64,000 nt of DNA. Source: a virus. The translations under genes and the position numbers were made by a program. This document shows, one piece after another, positions 28,622 through 38,567 of the stretch (position 1 is its first letter; each line of letters starts with the position of its first letter). The notes under the pieces are model-generated. The model was not told the DNA's origin. It made no database searches and saw only the letters and a program-made list of their open reading frames with translations. The stretch is from the IMG/VR virus record IMGVR_UViG_3300020156_000025, positions 25,985-89,984 of that record; one strand, given 5' to 3'.

Positions 28622-29780
28622 CAGGGACGACGAAGAGTGGGGGCAGACCGGACAAGCCGCCCTTGAACGCATGAACCGTGCCGACGAGGAACATGCCAAG
28701 CGGAAGGCCCGCGGTTTCATGCCGCTGCGCTTCTGGTTGAGCAACACGCCGGAGGCGATCAAGAAGGGGGACAACGAGTGCGAGCTGGTGATCCTCGACG
28801 ATTGCGTGGTCTCGGACAAGCCGGGGAAGGGAGCCATCCTGATCCGGGAGCACAACCTGCAAGGGCCGGACGGGAAGTGGGGGAATCACGAATCGTGCGC
28901 CGCCGATTTCGACGATTGCCCGATTTGCGCCAAGACGGGCAAGGAGGGATATCACATCCTGTTCCTGACCGTGCTGGTGTTGAAGCCGTGGGAATCGAAG
29001 GACAAGAAGAGATCGTCGGAGTATTCCAAGATGCTGCTGCCGATTTTCCTCAGCCAACGGGACACGTTCCTCGACCTCCAGAAACATGCGCTCAAGAGCA
29101 GGGGCACGATGCGGGGCATGAAAATCCGCTTGCGCCGCGGGAAGGACTCCAAGCGGTCGATCGGGGAACCGGTGCTTATGGAGGACGGGAACATGTTCAA
29201 GGTCATGTCGGAGAAGTGGCTGGAGAAATGGTTCGGCCACGAGGCGGTGATTTCCCGCGACGGCAAGACCGTGCTCAAGGAGGCGAACGAGGACATCCAG
29301 CCGTTCGACTACAAGAAATTGTTCCCGAAGCCCGACGTGGAGGAGTTGCGCGAGCGATTCGGGGGCAAGACCCGGGCAGGCTCGAAGCGTGAGTTCGAGG
29401 AGGAGTTCCCGGACCAGCAGACGAACCGCGTGGGTGGTCGCCGCCGTTTCGACGATGACGACGATGACCCGGAGGACGACATTCCGGGGAACGCCGGGGC
29501 TGCGGCCAAGAAGCAGGGCGCGAAGGGGCGCTTTGCGGACGACGAGGACGAGCCCGAGGAAACGCCTGCCGCCGGGAGGGCCGGTAAGGCGGACGCGGAC
29601 GAGGGGGACGATGATCCGCCCGTGCGCTCGCGCCGCCCGTCAACGGCGAGGGAGGAAACCGGGGATGCGCCGGTCCGTTCCCGCCGGACGGGGGGCACAG
29701 CCGCTGCATCCGCTGCGAAAGAACCGATCGGGGACGATGATCCGGACGACCCGGACGCCGACGATGGCTGGAACGACTGA
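28608..29780 (+). CDS. Single-stranded DNA-binding protein (gp32-like, Zn site, acidic tail)
   Basis: RFWL...ILDD...EH...C.....CPIC core; long acidic disordered tail ending DDGWND. Confidence 0.7.
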   Translation: MAKNNRDDEEWGQTGQAALERMNRADEEHAKRKARGFMPLRFWLSNTPEAIKKGDNECELVILDDCVVSDKPGKGAILIREHNLQGPDGKWGNHESCAADFDDCPICAKTGKEGYHILFLTVLVLKPWESKDKKRSSEYSKMLLPIFLSQRDTFLDLQKHALKSRGTMRGMKIRLRRGKDSKRSIGEPVLMEDGNMFKVMSEKWLEKWFGHEAVISRDGKTVLKEANEDIQPFDYKKLFPKPDVEELRERFGGKTRAGSKREFEEEFPDQQTNRVGGRRRFDDDDDDPEDDIPGNAGAAAKKQGAKGRFADDEDEPEETPAAGRAGKADADEGDDDPPVRSRRPSTAREETGDAPVRSRRTGGTAAASAAKEPIGDDDPDDPDADDGWND

Positions 29781-29821
29781 TCCGCCCTTGACCGCTTGAA
29801 CCGACCACGGGGGAACGCACG

Positions 29822-31315
29822 ATGAAACGAGTGAACTGCAAGGCAACGAACGCCACGTCCGGAACCACGCCCGGAACCGCACGGGTGGGGGCGATGGTGG
29901 GGTTGCCGCTGGAATGGTTTTCCCGCGAGGAAGCCATCCGGCTGAGGAAGTCGTTGACGTGCACCCCCGTGGTTTCGTCGGTGGCGCTGTCGTATGGACC
30001 GCCGCCTGAACCGATCGAACAATACCGGGTGGACCGGGATGCCGGGGTGGTTCACGTGCCGCTGTGCACGGGGTTGAGGTGGCTGCGGGAGAACCGGAAG
30101 CCGTGGGTGGACGAGCGGGTAAAGGGGGAGGACCTGACCTATCCGCGCGGACCCCGGGCGAGGGACGAGGGGCAACAGGAATTCTTCAATGCGCTGCTTG
30201 CGGGAATGCTGTTGCAGTGGACGCCGGAGGGGGAGGGAGGGGTGTTCGCGCAGGCTCCGACGGGGAGCGGCAAGACCGTGGCGCTGCTGTGGTGCATTGC
30301 ACGGGTGGGGAAACCCGCGCTGGTAATCGTGCCGTCCGTCGAACTCGCCCTTCAATGGAAGCAGGAGGCGATGGACAAGCTCGGGTTGGAGGACGCGCAG
30401 GTGGGGATCGTGGGAGGTGGGTCGAAGACGGGATGGAAGGGGAAGCATCTCGTGGTGGCGGTGATCAACTCGGCGGTGAAACAGGGGGAGGAGTTTTGCA
30501 AATCGTTCGGGATCGTGGGATGGGACGAGGGGCACAGGGTCCCCGCCAACACGTTCTCGCGCTCCTTGACCATGTTCCCGGCGGCAATCCGGGTGGTGTT
30601 GTCCGCGACGCCGGAGCGCAAGGACGGGATGCACGTGATGATCCATAACGCGGTGGGGGAGGTGTCGGTGGCTTCCAAGGTGAGGGTGATGCCGCTGGTT
30701 TACATGGAGACGAATTACCGGGATACCCGTGCGGTGAAGTGGGGGGATCTCCAACTGTCCCGGATTCTCACGCTGATTTCCAAGGACGAGGTGCGGAACG
30801 GATGGATCGGGAGGAAAGCCGCGGAGCTGGTGCTGCGCGAGGGGCGTTGCGTGCTGGTGCTGTCGGACCGGATCGAACAACTCTACCGGATCGAACAACA
30901 CGCCTTGCGCGCGGGGGTGCCCGCGGAGGCGATCGGGACTTTCGCCGGGCAGCAGGTGACGGGCATTTCCAAGCAACGCGGGCGCAAGGTGGTGGAAGGG
31001 GGGGAGGTATCGCGGGAGGCCCGGAAGAGGATCAAAACCGACGAAGGGGTGCGGTTGATATTGGCGACGTTCGGGAGCATGAAGGAGGGGGTGGATATTC
31101 CGCGCATAGATGCCGGGATCGAGGCGATGCCGAAATCCACCGCGGTGCAGGCTTGCGGACGCGCCCGCCGATACATGGAAGGGAAGAGGACTCCCGTGTG
31201 GTATTCGATTGTGGATACGGGGGTGCCGATGCTAAAAGGATTCGCTTCGGCCCGGAGGAAAGAACTGACCCGGGCGAAGAATGTCACTTTCAAACTCATA
31301 CCGGACATCGAATGA
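29822..31315 (+). CDS. Superfamily 2 DNA helicase
   Basis: APTGSGKT, DEGH, SAT, EGVDIP, QACGRARR. Confidence 0.9.
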   Translation: MKRVNCKATNATSGTTPGTARVGAMVGLPLEWFSREEAIRLRKSLTCTPVVSSVALSYGPPPEPIEQYRVDRDAGVVHVPLCTGLRWLRENRKPWVDERVKGEDLTYPRGPRARDEGQQEFFNALLAGMLLQWTPEGEGGVFAQAPTGSGKTVALLWCIARVGKPALVIVPSVELALQWKQEAMDKLGLEDAQVGIVGGGSKTGWKGKHLVVAVINSAVKQGEEFCKSFGIVGWDEGHRVPANTFSRSLTMFPAAIRVVLSATPERKDGMHVMIHNAVGEVSVASKVRVMPLVYMETNYRDTRAVKWGDLQLSRILTLISKDEVRNGWIGRKAAELVLREGRCVLVLSDRIEQLYRIEQHALRAGVPAEAIGTFAGQQVTGISKQRGRKVVEGGEVSREARKRIKTDEGVRLILATFGSMKEGVDIPRIDAGIEAMPKSTAVQACGRARRYMEGKRTPVWYSIVDTGVPMLKGFASARRKELTRAKNVTFKLIPDIE

Positions 31316-31872
31316 GATCTAAACTGGAGCAAGCCGCGAGTCGGATCAAAACGGAACAAGCCAAGGTGCCGTATCATCTCGGTCCGGCGTATAAGTCGGC
31401 GCGCCGCGCGCGCTATCAGGAGGACGAGGAATATCGCCAGAGGTGCATCGAGACCGCGACGGAACACCGCCGGAAGGTGATGCGGGAGTCGCCGTCGGCG
31501 AGGGAATACCGCGATACCGTGACCGGGAACCTGTCCCGCATGGAAGACTTCGGGACGTGGCACGCGATCCGCGTTCAGGTGGGCCGGAAGCCGTCGCATA
31601 CCAGCGGGGTGACGTTCAGCACGAACCAGATCGCGCGCCTGATCGCAAGACGACCGGAGGCGGTGGCCGGGTGGCAGGACAGGGGGCTGTTCCCCGAGCC
31701 CAGGCACGCCGTGCTGGACGAGAACGGGAAGGAGACCGGGCGACGGGTCTATACCGCGGAGGAGGCAAGGAAACTCGCCCTTGCCGCCAAGAAGTGGTTC
31801 TACGGGAAGAGCACGCACCTTGCGTCGCAGGGGCCGAAGGCGGTGGCGGAATTCCACGCCGCTTGCTGCTGA
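31312..31872 (+). CDS. Putative HTH (MerR/Xis-like) DNA-binding protein
   Basis: FSTNQIARLIARRPEAVAGWQDRGLFPEP...RRVYT. Confidence 0.6.
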   Translation: MRSKLEQAASRIKTEQAKVPYHLGPAYKSARRARYQEDEEYRQRCIETATEHRRKVMRESPSAREYRDTVTGNLSRMEDFGTWHAIRVQVGRKPSHTSGVTFSTNQIARLIARRPEAVAGWQDRGLFPEPRHAVLDENGKETGRRVYTAEEARKLALAAKKWFYGKSTHLASQGPKAVAEFHAACC

Positions 31873-31930
31873 TCCCGACGGGAACCGCTTTGCATGCTTT
31901 GCAAAAATCAACCGACCAAACAGACAACCG

Positions 31931-32302
31931 ATGAACGAGGATGAACCGAACCAAACCCCGGTGCGCTCGCGCCGTGCGCGTGCCGCGGGGGCAGTGAACC
32001 GGCACGAGGGTGCCGCGACCGTGGAGACGGAATTGAAAACCCCGGACGTGGAGCGCCCGTCCAAGACCCGCGCGCTCGCCCTTCCGGTCGAGGGTCTGCC
32101 GCCCGATCCGGCCTACGTGACGATAGGCGCGGGGTTCATGGAGAATCTCGGTAACTATGAATCGCTGCGGATTTATGCCTCCGTGACCTTGCCGTGCGAC
32201 AACACGCGGAGCGCCATCGTGAAGGCGAAGGACCGGGCACTCGCCTTGGTCGAGGAGTTCGTGGAAGACGAACGCCGCGCGATGCTCCAGACGAGGAGTT
32301 GA
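31931..32302 (+). CDS. Hypothetical phage protein (N-terminal PVRSRR)
   Basis: NLGNYESLRI motif seen in phage replication-region proteins. Confidence 0.65.
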   Translation: MNEDEPNQTPVRSRRARAAGAVNRHEGAATVETELKTPDVERPSKTRALALPVEGLPPDPAYVTIGAGFMENLGNYESLRIYASVTLPCDNTRSAIVKAKDRALALVEEFVEDERRAMLQTRS

Positions 32303-32377
32303 TGCTCCCCGTTTCTACCTGCTGCCCCCCGCCCTGCCCTGTAACCCCCCGAACCACCCTATACCAGCCCAACTAAA

Positions 32378-33673
32378 ATGCCTGCGAAGAAAGCCGCCAA
32401 GAAGACCGCGACGAAACAAGCCAAGGGGAACGACGCGCCCGTCCGTTCCCGCACCGGAGGGGGAGGGGAGCTAGCCCGACTGAGGACGGAGATCAATGCC
32501 AAGAAAGGACCGGACACGGTGATGACGGGGAACACCCTGCCGCCCGCGCGACATATCCCGACCGGATCGTTCCTGTTGGACCTTGCCACGATGGGGGGAA
32601 TTCCGGAGCGGCAGGCGACGATGCTTTATGGTTACGAATCGTCGGGGAAGACCGCGGTGCTGATGCGGAACATTGCCGAGTTCCAGCGAAAATATCCGAA
32701 GCAGGTCGCGGTGCTGATCGATGCGGAGCACATGTATGATCCGCTGTGGGCGGCGCAGTTGGGGGTGGACACGTCCCGATTGGAGGTAGCTAGGCCGGAG
32801 ACCGGGGAGGAGGCGGTGGACGTGTTCATCGCCATGATGGAGTGTCTGGAGGTGGGGTATATTGCGCTGGATTCCGTGCCTACGTGCGTGCCGCAGGTGG
32901 TGGTGGAGAGGTCGGCGGAAGACGACACGATGGCTTCCCTTGCCCGGTTGATGGGTAAGTTCTGCTCCAAGGTGTTGACGACGTGGGGTAAGGAGCGCAA
33001 GCGGGGGCACTATGTCACGGTGGCGTATATCAACCAGTTCCGGTCCAAGGTGGGGCTGGTGTTCGGGGACCCGCGAACGCTGCCCGGTGGCAGGCAGATC
33101 AATCACTTGCCGACGACCAAGATCGAACTCAAGGGGGACGAGGTGATGGGGGAGGACTCGGTGGGAAACAACGTCTCGCTCCACAACAAAATGACATTCA
33201 AGGTGACGAAGGCCAAGAACGGCTGTTCGATCCGCTCCGGGGAGGTGATGATGGTCATGTCGCCCGACAACGAGCACGGGATGCCGACGGGGGCTTACGA
33301 CGATTACAAGACCGTGTTGGTGTATGCGCAACGCTTCGGGCTGTTGACGGGGGCGGGGGCGAACTACCGGTTGGACCTGCTGGGATATGCCAAGATGAAG
33401 CTGGGGGACATCGAGCGCGCGCTGCGGCGCGACCAAGGGAAATTCGACCGGCTCAAGGCGTGCATGATCGTCATGCAACGCGTGTCCAAAAACCTGCCGC
33501 CCTTGCCGCCCGACAATTTTCTCGTGGGACCGGGAGTGACGGTGCCTGCCGAATTCATTGCCGTCGTGGTGAGGGACCACGAGCGTAAGAAAAACGCCGA
33601 ATCGCCTCCCGCGCCCGCGGTGGAGGAAGATGACGGCTTCGACGATAGCGACGAAGAGGACGAAGCGGCTTGA
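32378..33673 (+). CDS. recA: RecA/UvsX recombinase
   Basis: IPTGSFLLD, YGYESSGKT, IDAEH, LDSV, INQFR.K.G..FGDP...PGG. Confidence 0.92.
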   Translation: MPAKKAAKKTATKQAKGNDAPVRSRTGGGGELARLRTEINAKKGPDTVMTGNTLPPARHIPTGSFLLDLATMGGIPERQATMLYGYESSGKTAVLMRNIAEFQRKYPKQVAVLIDAEHMYDPLWAAQLGVDTSRLEVARPETGEEAVDVFIAMMECLEVGYIALDSVPTCVPQVVVERSAEDDTMASLARLMGKFCSKVLTTWGKERKRGHYVTVAYINQFRSKVGLVFGDPRTLPGGRQINHLPTTKIELKGDEVMGEDSVGNNVSLHNKMTFKVTKAKNGCSIRSGEVMMVMSPDNEHGMPTGAYDDYKTVLVYAQRFGLLTGAGANYRLDLLGYAKMKLGDIERALRRDQGKFDRLKACMIVMQRVSKNLPPLPPDNFLVGPGVTVPAEFIAVVVRDHERKKNAESPPAPAVEEDDGFDDSDEEDEAA

Positions 33674-33696
33674 ACCCCTGACGGGAGGATACTGCC

Positions 33697-34296
33697 GTGC
33701 CTGAGAGAGACATTCCCTTGTCGCAGCTATTCGAGCTGGTGGAGAAGCCCAAGAAGGGTATTTGCGTGGTCAAATACTGCCGGAAGAAGCGTGCGGTCAC
33801 GAGCACACTGTGCGCGATGCACAAGATGCATGCGTTCCGGATGCGCAACCCGTTGCTGGCGACCTACCTCCGGTTGCGGGACGGGGCCAAGCGCCGGGGG
33901 CTGGAGTTCGGATTGACGCGCGAACAGTTCCGCGAGCTGTGCGAGATCACCGGGTATCTGGAGGGGAAAGGAACGAGCCCGTTGTCCATGACGCTCGACC
34001 GGATCGATGCGCGGAGGGGATATGTGCCGGGAAACTTGCAGGTGATGACGTTGCGGGACAACGTGGCGAAGGGGAACCGGGAGAGGGAAATCACGTTCCG
34101 GGACGGGATACGGATTCCGTGGACGGAGATTTCGGTGCAGGCCGAACTGTTCAATGCCCGGGAAGTCGAACGGAGGAAAAGCTACGTGGTGTATTTCCGG
34201 GGGGAGGAGCGAACCGCCCCGCCCTTGCCTGACATGCAGGGGAGACATTGGCTGGACGATGATGCCGGTGATGATACAGGGAACGAACCGTTTTGA
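33697..34296 (+). CDS. HNH-like endonuclease
   Basis: AKRRGLEFGLT...TLDRIDARRGYVPGNLQ....DN. Confidence 0.7.
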   Translation: MPERDIPLSQLFELVEKPKKGICVVKYCRKKRAVTSTLCAMHKMHAFRMRNPLLATYLRLRDGAKRRGLEFGLTREQFRELCEITGYLEGKGTSPLSMTLDRIDARRGYVPGNLQVMTLRDNVAKGNREREITFRDGIRIPWTEISVQAELFNAREVERRKSYVVYFRGEERTAPPLPDMQGRHWLDDDAGDDTGNEPF

Positions 34297-34300
34297 AGCT

Positions 34301-34693
34301 ATGAACGAGGATTACCGATCGAGACGTGGACTGGCCGTGCCGAAAAGGGAGCGCGGGGTGAAAACGGTGTCGCATGTGCGGGCACCGAAGCAGGAGAGGG
34401 CAATGGCCGAGAGGCTGGGGGGCAGGTGCACGCCCGCCAGCGGATCGCGGGACGTGAAGGGGGACGTGAGGGTGGAGGGGGTGCTGCGTCTGGAATGCAA
34501 GAACACGACCAAGCAATCGTTCTCGGTGACGCGGGAGATGATCGAGAAGATCGAGCAAGCCGCGATCAACGCCGGGGAATTGCCCGCGGTGCAGATAGAC
34601 TTCATCGACGCGCGCGGAAACGTGGAGGCCAGTGTGGCGGTGGTGCCGTGCTGGGTGCTGGACTCGCTGGCACAGGGAAGGGGGGAGGGATGA
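34301..34693 (+). CDS. Hjc-like PD-(D/E)XK Holliday junction resolvase
   Basis: QERAMA..LGG..TPASGS...KGDV....LECKNT. Confidence 0.75.
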   Translation: MNEDYRSRRGLAVPKRERGVKTVSHVRAPKQERAMAERLGGRCTPASGSRDVKGDVRVEGVLRLECKNTTKQSFSVTREMIEKIEQAAINAGELPAVQIDFIDARGNVEASVAVVPCWVLDSLAQGRGEG

Positions 34694-35712
34694 GTCTTGC
34701 CCGCCGCGTGTTGCAGACGATGCGGGAACCCCGGAATCCCGGGCCGCAGAGCGTTCCGGTGCGCTCGCGCCGTCCTGTTTTGCAAACCGTGCAAACCGAG
34801 AGTCCCGCCGCCGGAACGGAAGAGGAGGAGGAGGACGAGCCGTGCGTGACGGCGGGATGGGACGTGGAGCAGGCGTTCGTGACCCGCGCCGCCCTTGTGA
34901 TGGACCGACAGGGGGAGGAGTCCCGGACGGGTAGCGAGCTAATCCACCTGTCTTCCATGCTGGCGAAAGACTGGTGCCCGAGGAGACACGTGTTGGCGGC
35001 GCGACACGGGGAACGCCAACTCAAGAGGGTGATGGCTCAGGACCGGATCGTGTGGGAGATGGGACGGGCGGCGGAAAGGCACCTGCGGAACCAGTTCATC
35101 GCGTCGCACGGGAGGACTCGGGTGGTGGGCAGATGGCAATGTGCGTGCGAGGCGCTCAAGGTGGACGGAAGGGGGCTGTCTGCCGCCGCCTTGCGTTCGG
35201 GCAGGCATCGCTGCGCACGTTGCAACGGGAACCCGATACACTACGGGGAGCTTCCGGTGACGGGGGACAACCTGACGGGTTCCCCGGACTTGCAATTCAT
35301 TGAGGGTGCCTCGGTGGGGCGGCACGTCACCGAGATCAAATCGATCAACAAGCGGGAATACGACCTGCTGACGGGTCCGCTGCCGGTGCACGTGCTCCAG
35401 TTGTCGGGCTATGTGCTGATGCTGCGGGCGGCGGGGGTGGTGGTCGATACAGCCCGGGTGGCGTATGTCTGCAAGGACTACGTGCCGCCGGGAACCAGTC
35501 CCTACAAGGAGTATGTGGTGATGCGACCGGGGCTGGAGTTGCCCGCCGCGCAACGGGCCGGGATCGGGCTGATCCAAGAGCAGGCGTCCGCGCTGGGAGC
35601 CACGCTCAGGAACTCGGGGCCTTTGCCGCCCCGGCTGACCAAGTGCACGGCTCCGACCGCGACGGCGGCGAAGGGGTGCAGCCAGTGCGCGCTGTGCTTT
35701 TCCTTGGACTGA
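34690..35712 (+). CDS. Cas4-like/RecB-family exonuclease
   Basis: WCPRR, GSPDL, EIKS, QLSGY, C-terminal Cys cluster; extra CAC...CARC insert. Confidence 0.75.
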   Translation: MSLARRVLQTMREPRNPGPQSVPVRSRRPVLQTVQTESPAAGTEEEEEDEPCVTAGWDVEQAFVTRAALVMDRQGEESRTGSELIHLSSMLAKDWCPRRHVLAARHGERQLKRVMAQDRIVWEMGRAAERHLRNQFIASHGRTRVVGRWQCACEALKVDGRGLSAAALRSGRHRCARCNGNPIHYGELPVTGDNLTGSPDLQFIEGASVGRHVTEIKSINKREYDLLTGPLPVHVLQLSGYVLMLRAAGVVVDTARVAYVCKDYVPPGTSPYKEYVVMRPGLELPAAQRAGIGLIQEQASALGATLRNSGPLPPRLTKCTAPTATAAKGCSQCALCFSLD

Positions 35713-35746
35713 GGCCGGGGACATGCTAGGGCTACCGGAGCAACCG

Positions 35747-36340
35747 ATGAACAGCCAACCAGTGAGGAGCAGGAGATCGCCGCGGGGGATAAAAACGATG
35801 GGCATAGACCCGTCCTTGAACGGCACCGCGGTGGTGGCGTGGCAGAAGGAGCTTGACCCGGAACTCTACGGACCCGCGGGGGCGGTGCTGGAGATGCATC
35901 TGACTCCCAAGCTCACGGGCATGGAGAGACTGGTGTGGCTGAGGGAGCAAATGCTCGCCATTATCGAGGGGGCGAGACCGGACGTGATCGTGCTTGAGGA
36001 CTATGCGCTGGGGATAAGGGGGAAGGGACTGATCGGGTCGCTGGAGTTCGGCGGGGTGCTCAGGTTGCTGTTGCACGAATGGTCCCGGATGAGGAACGTT
36101 CCGGTGTGGAAGATACCCCCGGCCAACCTTAAACAATTCACGACGGGGAAAGGGAATGCGGATAAGCCGCAGATGGTGATGGCGTGCTATAAGCGATGGA
36201 GCTACGATCCGTTGGGGTCGAGTCACGATTTGGCCGACGCCTATGCGCTGGCGCGGGTGGGACACGCGCTGGTCGATCCCTCCGTGAAAACAACACAGGT
36301 GGAACGCTCCGCGCTGTCAAAGGCGGTGCGTCTCGTGTAA
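35747..36340 (+). CDS. ruvC: RuvC-like Holliday junction resolvase
   Basis: GIDPSLNGTA, VLEDY, LKQFTTGKGNADK, DLADAYALA. Confidence 0.88.
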   Translation: MNSQPVRSRRSPRGIKTMGIDPSLNGTAVVAWQKELDPELYGPAGAVLEMHLTPKLTGMERLVWLREQMLAIIEGARPDVIVLEDYALGIRGKGLIGSLEFGGVLRLLLHEWSRMRNVPVWKIPPANLKQFTTGKGNADKPQMVMACYKRWSYDPLGSSHDLADAYALARVGHALVDPSVKTTQVERSALSKAVRLV

Positions 36341-36493
36341 CTGCCCGTATCCCTGAAATTAGGCGATAGGGGGGAATTTTCCTCGGTTAAGAATCAACGA
36401 GTTATACCGGTTTCTGCAAAGATTTGCTGCAAACTTTGCAAAATCGACTTGCTAAACGATACCCGGTGCCGCATGCTGTCCCCCGTCAACCGA
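36334..36493 (+). promoter_or_regulatory. Composite early-promoter module, copy 2
   Basis: CGTGTAAC...TCAACGAGTTA...TGCAAACTTTGCAAAATCGAC-TTGCTA-N17-CATGCT; 36428-36493 matches 40930-40995 except for one base. Confidence 0.75.
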
Positions 36494-36501
36494 AACCGCC
36501 A

Positions 36502-36798
36502 ATGAAAACCGATCCTGATACTTCCACGTTGTCTATCGCTGCCGACAAGTTCCGTTTGTTCGATTTCACCGATCCGGACAACAAAACCCTCCGCACCTAC
36601 GCAACCCGCGAGCGACTGAATACCGCAATCGATCGTCTTGCGTCCGGTTTGTTGCAATCCTTTCGCTCCAGCGTGACGCTGGTGCCGCTGTGCACGCCTG
36701 CCGGTCGCCATACCGCGCTGTTTATCCTTCGTTCTGACACCGCCCACTTGACTACGTTTTTCGTGAATCGCGGATTCGCGGTCTATGTGGGAGGCTGA
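36502..36798 (+). CDS. Hypothetical early protein
   Basis: ORF after promoter module. Confidence 0.55.
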   Translation: MKTDPDTSTLSIAADKFRLFDFTDPDNKTLRTYATRERLNTAIDRLASGLLQSFRSSVTLVPLCTPAGRHTALFILRSDTAHLTTFFVNRGFAVYVGG

Positions 36799-36909
36799 TC
36801 CTTGTCCCCCGTCCGCCCCGGAACTTTTTGCAAACTGTGCATTGCGTTCCGGGGCGGGAGGGAGCCAAGCTCCGCTCCGCAACAAAAACAACCGACCAAA
36901 AACAGAGAA

Positions 36910-38007
36910 ATGAAAGCAACTGCCAAGCCTAGCCAACAGATCGAAAATGGCACCGAGGTGGAATTCAAGGGGTATTCGGAACCGGTGGACAAGCCGGTGC
37001 TGACCGCCGGAGAACGCGTGTTCATCGTGGGCTTCAACGAGGACGAGGCCACCTATAACGTCGCCAAGACCGCCCGCGGGGCGGGGGTGGAATCCCTGCT
37101 CCCGAGCGAATTCGTGGTGATGGGGGCCAAACCCTCCGTGGTGGCCAAGAAAGCCGCGAAGAAAGCGGCGAAGAAAGCCGCCAAGGTCGCGACCCCGGAA
37201 ACCGAGACGGAGGAGACCGAGGAACATGAACCGCCCGTGGTCGTGGACGGAACCAAGGAATCCGCCGCCCCTTCCGCGAAGCCCGCGGCCAAGAAAGTCG
37301 CTGCCAAGAAGGCGGCGAAGAAAGCCGCGAAAAAGGCGGAAACGGTCCCGGTCGTGTTCCAGCCCGTGAAACTGTCCGCCGCCATGAAGGCGGAGGTGGA
37401 AGCGGCCAAGGGGAATCTGGTTCAGGCGGCGAAACGCTGCTGCGCCAAGAGCGATGTCATGGACTTCACCCTAGGGGGTTTGCTTGCCAAGATCTATGAT
37501 GACAAGCTCCACGAGGAGGTGAAGGATGAGGCAGGGAACCAGATGTATGAGGGTTCCAGCGGCTTCGGGGCGTTCTGCGAGGTGTTCATCGGGTGCGGGG
37601 GCCGCAAGGCGTTCTACCTGATCGATACGTTCCGCACCTGCCAGCGCCTGAAGATCACGGAGAAAATGGTGGAGGGAATCGGCTGGTCGAAGCTGAAAGA
37701 GGCCCTCCGCGCCTTGACCGAGGAAAACGTCAACGAAATCCTGACGCTCGCCCGGTCCACCCCGTATGACCAGTTCCGCACGGCCATGCGCCAGCGGATC
37801 GTGGACGCGGGGGACAATGCACACGGGAACCGCAATACCGTGGTGCTCACGTCGATGCGCTTCGCCTTCCACGCCGACAAGGCCGAGGTCGTGAAGGCCG
37901 CACTTGACAAGGCCAAGGCGTCGCTCGGCCTCAAGGGGGACGACGTGAAGACGAACTCCGATGCATTCGCGCACATTGTCAGCGAATGGTATCAGATCGC
38001 AGAGTAA
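36910..38007 (+). CDS. Protein with histone H1-like AKKAAKK repeats (putative DNA-binding)
   Basis: Two blocks of (AKKA)n between an N-terminal beta domain and a C-terminal helical domain. Confidence 0.7.
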   Translation: MKATAKPSQQIENGTEVEFKGYSEPVDKPVLTAGERVFIVGFNEDEATYNVAKTARGAGVESLLPSEFVVMGAKPSVVAKKAAKKAAKKAAKVATPETETEETEEHEPPVVVDGTKESAAPSAKPAAKKVAAKKAAKKAAKKAETVPVVFQPVKLSAAMKAEVEAAKGNLVQAAKRCCAKSDVMDFTLGGLLAKIYDDKLHEEVKDEAGNQMYEGSSGFGAFCEVFIGCGGRKAFYLIDTFRTCQRLKITEKMVEGIGWSKLKEALRALTEENVNEILTLARSTPYDQFRTAMRQRIVDAGDNAHGNRNTVVLTSMRFAFHADKAEVVKAALDKAKASLGLKGDDVKTNSDAFAHIVSEWYQIAE

Positions 38008-38091
38008 ACCTCGACTCGGGGCGGAGCAGCCGCCATCCTTTAACCGGGATGTCGGCCTCCGCCCGCCCTTTCTTTCCAACCGCTGCCAACC

Positions 38092-38532
38092 ATGCCTGCC
38101 AAACGCATCGCCAAGAAAACCGCCGCACGGGAGGTCCAGCCCGATGCACCGACGGACGCTCCTTTGCAGGAGCGCAAGCTGGGGGACACCTACCGTCACG
38201 CGGGGTATACCTACCACAAGATGGACCGGGAGGGGGACGTTGCAATGTATGCCGCTGTCCGCCCCGGGGAATCCGCCCCGTTCGCATATGAGGTGTTCAT
38301 CGTCCAGCACAACCCCGGGGGCTCTATTGCACGGAAAAACCCCAAGCCCGACGAGTCTCCGTATTCCGTGATCGCTCCCGGGGAGAATCCACCCGCCGGG
38401 TCGAAATGGGGAATCCTAGGGTGGACGTTCATGGCGTGCGAACTCGATCGTGCCCGGGCACGCTATCAGGCCCTGCTGATCGAAAAGGGCGTGCGCAAAT
38501 CGGTCCCCGTGCGCTCGCGCCGTCCGGCGTGA
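38092..38532 (+). CDS. Hypothetical protein (C-terminal PVRSRR)
   Basis: YEVF...P..SKWG..GWT phage-type motif. Confidence 0.65.
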   Translation: MPAKRIAKKTAAREVQPDAPTDAPLQERKLGDTYRHAGYTYHKMDREGDVAMYAAVRPGESAPFAYEVFIVQHNPGGSIARKNPKPDESPYSVIAPGENPPAGSKWGILGWTFMACELDRARARYQALLIEKGVRKSVPVRSRRPA

Positions 38533-38567
38533 ACGGGAGGGAATAAAACCGCACGCCCTCCCTTGCT

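Noticed and set aside
34690-35712. Cas4-like gene as evidence of CRISPR-Cas
   Set aside because: No cas1/cas2 and no regularly spaced repeat-spacer array; solo Cas4-like nucleases are common in phage recombination modules
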